Shown: piece by piece, positions 61,433 through 64,000 of the stretch
How positions within the stretch are numbered: the first letter of the stretch is position 1
How the letters are laid out: the number at the start of each line of letters is the position of its first letter
Assembly (NCBI GenBank): GCA_963814585.1
Contig: CAWFDF010000004.1
Span: 192,001 to 256,000, forward strand
Length of the DNA: 64,000 nt
Source: an uncultured delta proteobacterium
GTDB lineage: Bacteria; Myxococcota; Myxococcia; Myxococcales; Anaeromyxobacteraceae
Direction of reading: 5' to 3'
The notes under the pieces: model-generated
Seen by the model: the letters and a program-made list of their open reading frames with translations, nothing else
Told to the model about the DNA's origin: nothing
Database searches by the model: none
Made by a program: the position numbers and the translations under genes

Positions 61433-62446
61433 TCAGGCCACCGCGTCCAGGGCGACCATGGCGCCACGGGCCCAGGCCAGCTGCACCGGCTCGCCGGGCC
61501 GTGGGCCGGCGGGCTCGGTCCCCTCCTGGTTGGGGACGCTGGCCGAGAACCTGGTCCCGTCGACGTCCACCTCGTAGCGGCTCACCGGCCCGTGGTACTG
61601 CACGTCGACGAGCCGCCCGGTGACGCCGACCTGGCCGTCGGCCGGTGGGCCGAGGCGGATGTGCTCGGGGCGGATGGAGACCGGGCCGGCCGCGCCCGCC
61701 AGGCGCAGGGCCAGCGCGCCCTCGAGCACGTTGGCGGTTCCCACGAAGCCGGCCACGAAGGCGGTGCGCGGGCGGGTGTAGAGGTTGCGGGGGGTGTCCA
61801 CCTGCTCCAGCCGCCCCTGGTGGAAGACCGCCACCCGGTCGGACATCGAGAGCGCCTCGCCCTGGTCGTGGGTGACGTAGACGAAGGTGATCCCGAGGCG
61901 GCGCTGCAGCCCCTTGAGCTCGGTCTGCATCTGCTCCCGGAGCTTGAGGTCGAGCGCCCCCAGCGGCTCGTCGAGCAGCAGGACCCGCGGCTGGTTGACC
62001 AGGGCACGGGCCAGGGCCACCCGCTGCCGCTGGCCGCCGGAGAGCTGCCCGGGCCGTCGGTCCCCCAGGCCCCCCAGGGCCACCTGCTCCAGGGCCGCCT
62101 CGGCGTCGCGGTCGCGGGCGCGGCGCCCGACGCCCTTCACCCTCAGGCCGTAGCCGACGTTCTCCAGCACCGAGAGGTGCGGGAAGAGGGCGTAGTCCTG
62201 GAAGACCGTGTTGACGTCCCGCTCGTAGGGCGGGAGCGCCGAGGCGTCCTGGCCGTGGAGCACGATCCGGCCGGCGTCGGGGAGATCGAAGCCGGCGATG
62301 AGCCGCAGGCAGGTGGTCTTCCCGGAGCCGGACGGACCCAGCATGGAGAAGAACTCCCCGTCCTCGATGGCCAGCGACACGCCGTCCACGGCGCGCACGC
62401 TGCCGTAGTGGCGGCTCACCTGCTGGAGCTCGACCGCGACGCTCAT
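61433..62446 (-). CDS. polyamine ABC transporter ATP-binding protein (YdcT/PotA-like)
   Basis: GPSGSGKTT, VFQDYALFPH, LSGGQRQR, LLDEP, VTHDQ, TOBE-like tail. Confidence 0.95.
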   Translation of the reverse strand: MSVAVELQQVSRHYGSVRAVDGVSLAIEDGEFFSMLGPSGSGKTTCLRLIAGFDLPDAGRIVLHGQDASALPPYERDVNTVFQDYALFPHLSVLENVGYGLRVKGVGRRARDRDAEAALEQVALGGLGDRRPGQLSGGQRQRVALARALVNQPRVLLLDEPLGALDLKLREQMQTELKGLQRRLGITFVYVTHDQGEALSMSDRVAVFHQGRLEQVDTPRNLYTRPRTAFVAGFVGTANVLEGALALRLAGAAGPVSIRPEHIRLGPPADGQVGVTGRLVDVQYHGPVSRYEVDVDGTRFSASVPNQEGTEPAGPRPGEPVQLAWARGAMVALDAVA

Positions 62447-62508
62447 GGGGGTCCGGGAGACGGGGCGCCGGGGCCGCCCGGCGGCGGGCCCCGGCGCGGT
62501 GCGCGGTG

Positions 62509-63651
62509 CTAGCGGCCACCCATGATGGCGATGTAGTCGGTCACCCAGCGGCTGTAGGGCACGCAGGCGCGCTGGCCGCACTTGGCGGTCGGCGTCTTCC
62601 AGAAGCGGATCTCGGCGAAGCGGTCGAAGCCGTTCACCTTGCAGAAGTCGGTCCCGCCCGGCGCCTTCTCCTGGCAGGCCGCCGGCACCACCGGCGCCGA
62701 TCCGAACCACTCCGCCAGCGCGGACTGCGGCTTGGTCCCCAGCGACCACTCCATCCACTTGTAGGCGCAGGTGACGTGCTTGGCGTCGGCGTGGAGCATG
62801 GTGGTGTCGGCCCACCCGGTCGACCCCTCCACCGGGATGGTCGAGGCGATCGGCTGCTTCTCGGCCTGCAGGGCGTTGACCATGTAGCCCCAGGAGCTGG
62901 AGGCGGCCACGCCCTCGTTCTTGAAGTCGCTCATCTGCACCGTGGCGTCGTGCCAGTAGCGGTGGACCAGCGGCTTCTGGCCGCGCAGCACCTCGAGCAC
63001 CGCCGCGTACTGCTTCTCGTCGAGCTCGTAGGGGTCCTTGATGCCGAGCTCGGGGCGCTTCCGGGCCAGGTAGAGGGCGGCGTCGGCCACGTAGATGGGG
63101 CCGTCGTAGGCCTGCACCCGCCCCTTGTTCGGCTTGCCGTCGGGGAAGGCCTGGGCCTCGAAGACCACCGCCCAGCTGGTGGGCGGGGTCTTGAAGACGT
63201 TGGTGTTGTACATGAGCACGTTCGGCCCCCACTGGTAGGGCACGCCGTAGCGGACCCCGCCGACCACGTACCAGGGCGCGTCCTGCAGCCGCGCGTCGAC
63301 GGTCTTGAACGAGGGGATGAGCGCGGTGTTGACGGGCTGGACCTTCTTGCCCGCCACCAGCCGGAGGCTGGCGTCGCCGGAGGCGGTGACCAGGTCGTAG
63401 CCGCCCTTGTTCATGAGGGCGACCATCTCGTCCGAGGTGGCGGCGGTCTTGACGTTGACCTTGCAGCCGGTCTCCTTCTCGAACTGGGTCACCCAGTCGT
63501 AGGCCTTGTCCGACTCGCCGCGCTCGATGTAGCCGGGCCAGGCCACGATGTCGAGTCGCCCCTCGGGCTTGCCGAGGGCGGTGGGCGGTGCGGCCAGGGC
63601 CTGGGAGGCCGCGAGCAGCGCAGTGGTGACGACGAGCCTGTACGTGAGCAT
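62509..63651 (-). CDS. polyamine ABC transporter substrate-binding protein (YdcS-like)
   Basis: Signal peptide; AWPGYIERG, FEKETGC, TASGDAS, YQWGPN, GWAD; AAAGGA RBS. Confidence 0.92.
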   Translation of the reverse strand: MLTYRLVVTTALLAASQALAAPPTALGKPEGRLDIVAWPGYIERGESDKAYDWVTQFEKETGCKVNVKTAATSDEMVALMNKGGYDLVTASGDASLRLVAGKKVQPVNTALIPSFKTVDARLQDAPWYVVGGVRYGVPYQWGPNVLMYNTNVFKTPPTSWAVVFEAQAFPDGKPNKGRVQAYDGPIYVADAALYLARKRPELGIKDPYELDEKQYAAVLEVLRGQKPLVHRYWHDATVQMSDFKNEGVAASSSWGYMVNALQAEKQPIASTIPVEGSTGWADTTMLHADAKHVTCAYKWMEWSLGTKPQSALAEWFGSAPVVPAACQEKAPGGTDFCKVNGFDRFAEIRFWKTPTAKCGQRACVPYSRWVTDYIAIMGGR

Positions 63652-63698
63652 GGCGTGGTTCCTTTCCGGATGGTCCAGCCGAGGTGCCGGCTACCATG

Positions 63699-63714
63699 AG
63701 CACCTCCTGTGCCA
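63699..63714 (-). promoter_or_regulatory. sigma54 promoter of the polyamine operon
   Basis: Minus strand TGGCACAGGAGGTGCT = GG-N10-GC, about 50 bp upstream of the start. Confidence 0.72.
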
Positions 63715-63821
63715 TATGGTCCGGATCGGTCCTGATCAGCCAAGAGTTGGCATCAACTCAGGAAAGGGCCGGCCGTTCTCCAGGCCGCCGGGAGTCTGCC
63801 AGCACCCCGCCTATGCTCGGT

Positions 63822-63844
63822 TGCCATTTTCATGCGTAATGGCA
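63822..63844. promoter_or_regulatory. candidate enhancer (upstream activator sequence)
   Basis: Inverted repeat TGCCATT-N9-AATGGCA about 110-130 bp upstream of the -24 box. Confidence 0.55.
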
Positions 63845-63854
63845 TAGATCGCTG

Positions 63855-64000
63855 ATGCTCCGACGCGCCGATCCCGATCAGTCCCTGGCCGCCTGGCTCT
63901 CCGCCGCCGGCCTCGACGCCGAGGCCCTGGCCGGCGCCCTGATCTTCGGACCGCGGCGCGGCCTCGCCATCGCCGGCCTCGACGGGGTGGTCCGCTTCGC
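63855..64000 (+). CDS. partial divergent gene, N-terminus PAS-like (possible sigma54 activator or sensor)
   Basis: ATG 63855 open to the window end: MLRRADPDQSLAAWLSAAGLDAEALAGALIFGPRRGLAIAGLDGVVRF. Confidence 0.5.
   Translation, partial: MLRRADPDQSLAAWLSAAGLDAEALAGALIFGPRRGLAIAGLDGVVRF

Overview
Very GC-rich bacterial chromosome segment whose gene content (pomXYZ-like cluster, Myxococcus-type LexA-like boxes before recA, several sigma54 promoters) points to Myxococcota, probably Anaeromyxobacter-like (inference). Left to right: hutH-C-U-I-G histidine utilisation operon, RND efflux tripartite (permease split by a 1-nt indel), pgi, a sigma54-type asparagine/aspartate operon (dcu-aspA-ansB-DcaP porin-lipoprotein-DASS), ydiK, ppk2, rmuC, a RES-Xre toxin-antitoxin pair, Ser/Thr kinase, recA, LETM1-like protein, Fur, dacB, ssb, grx, EVE, TPR, radC, ArsR-dioxygenase-yceI, dapC (1-nt indel)-dapD-dapE, sthA, pomY-Z-X, MFS, pcm, PAP2, an E2-like protein, and a sigma54-type polyamine ABC/aminotransferase operon. 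No rRNA, tRNA, CRISPR array or transposase was recognised. Most interesting: two ~180-bp intergenic elements (1108-1288 and ~56633-56814) with unrelated outer stems but a shared fold-back core. That core shows compensatory base changes around four tandem G.A steps on the minus strand. The first copy has perfect 24-bp terminal inverted repeats and sits in the predicted -35/HutC operator of hutH.
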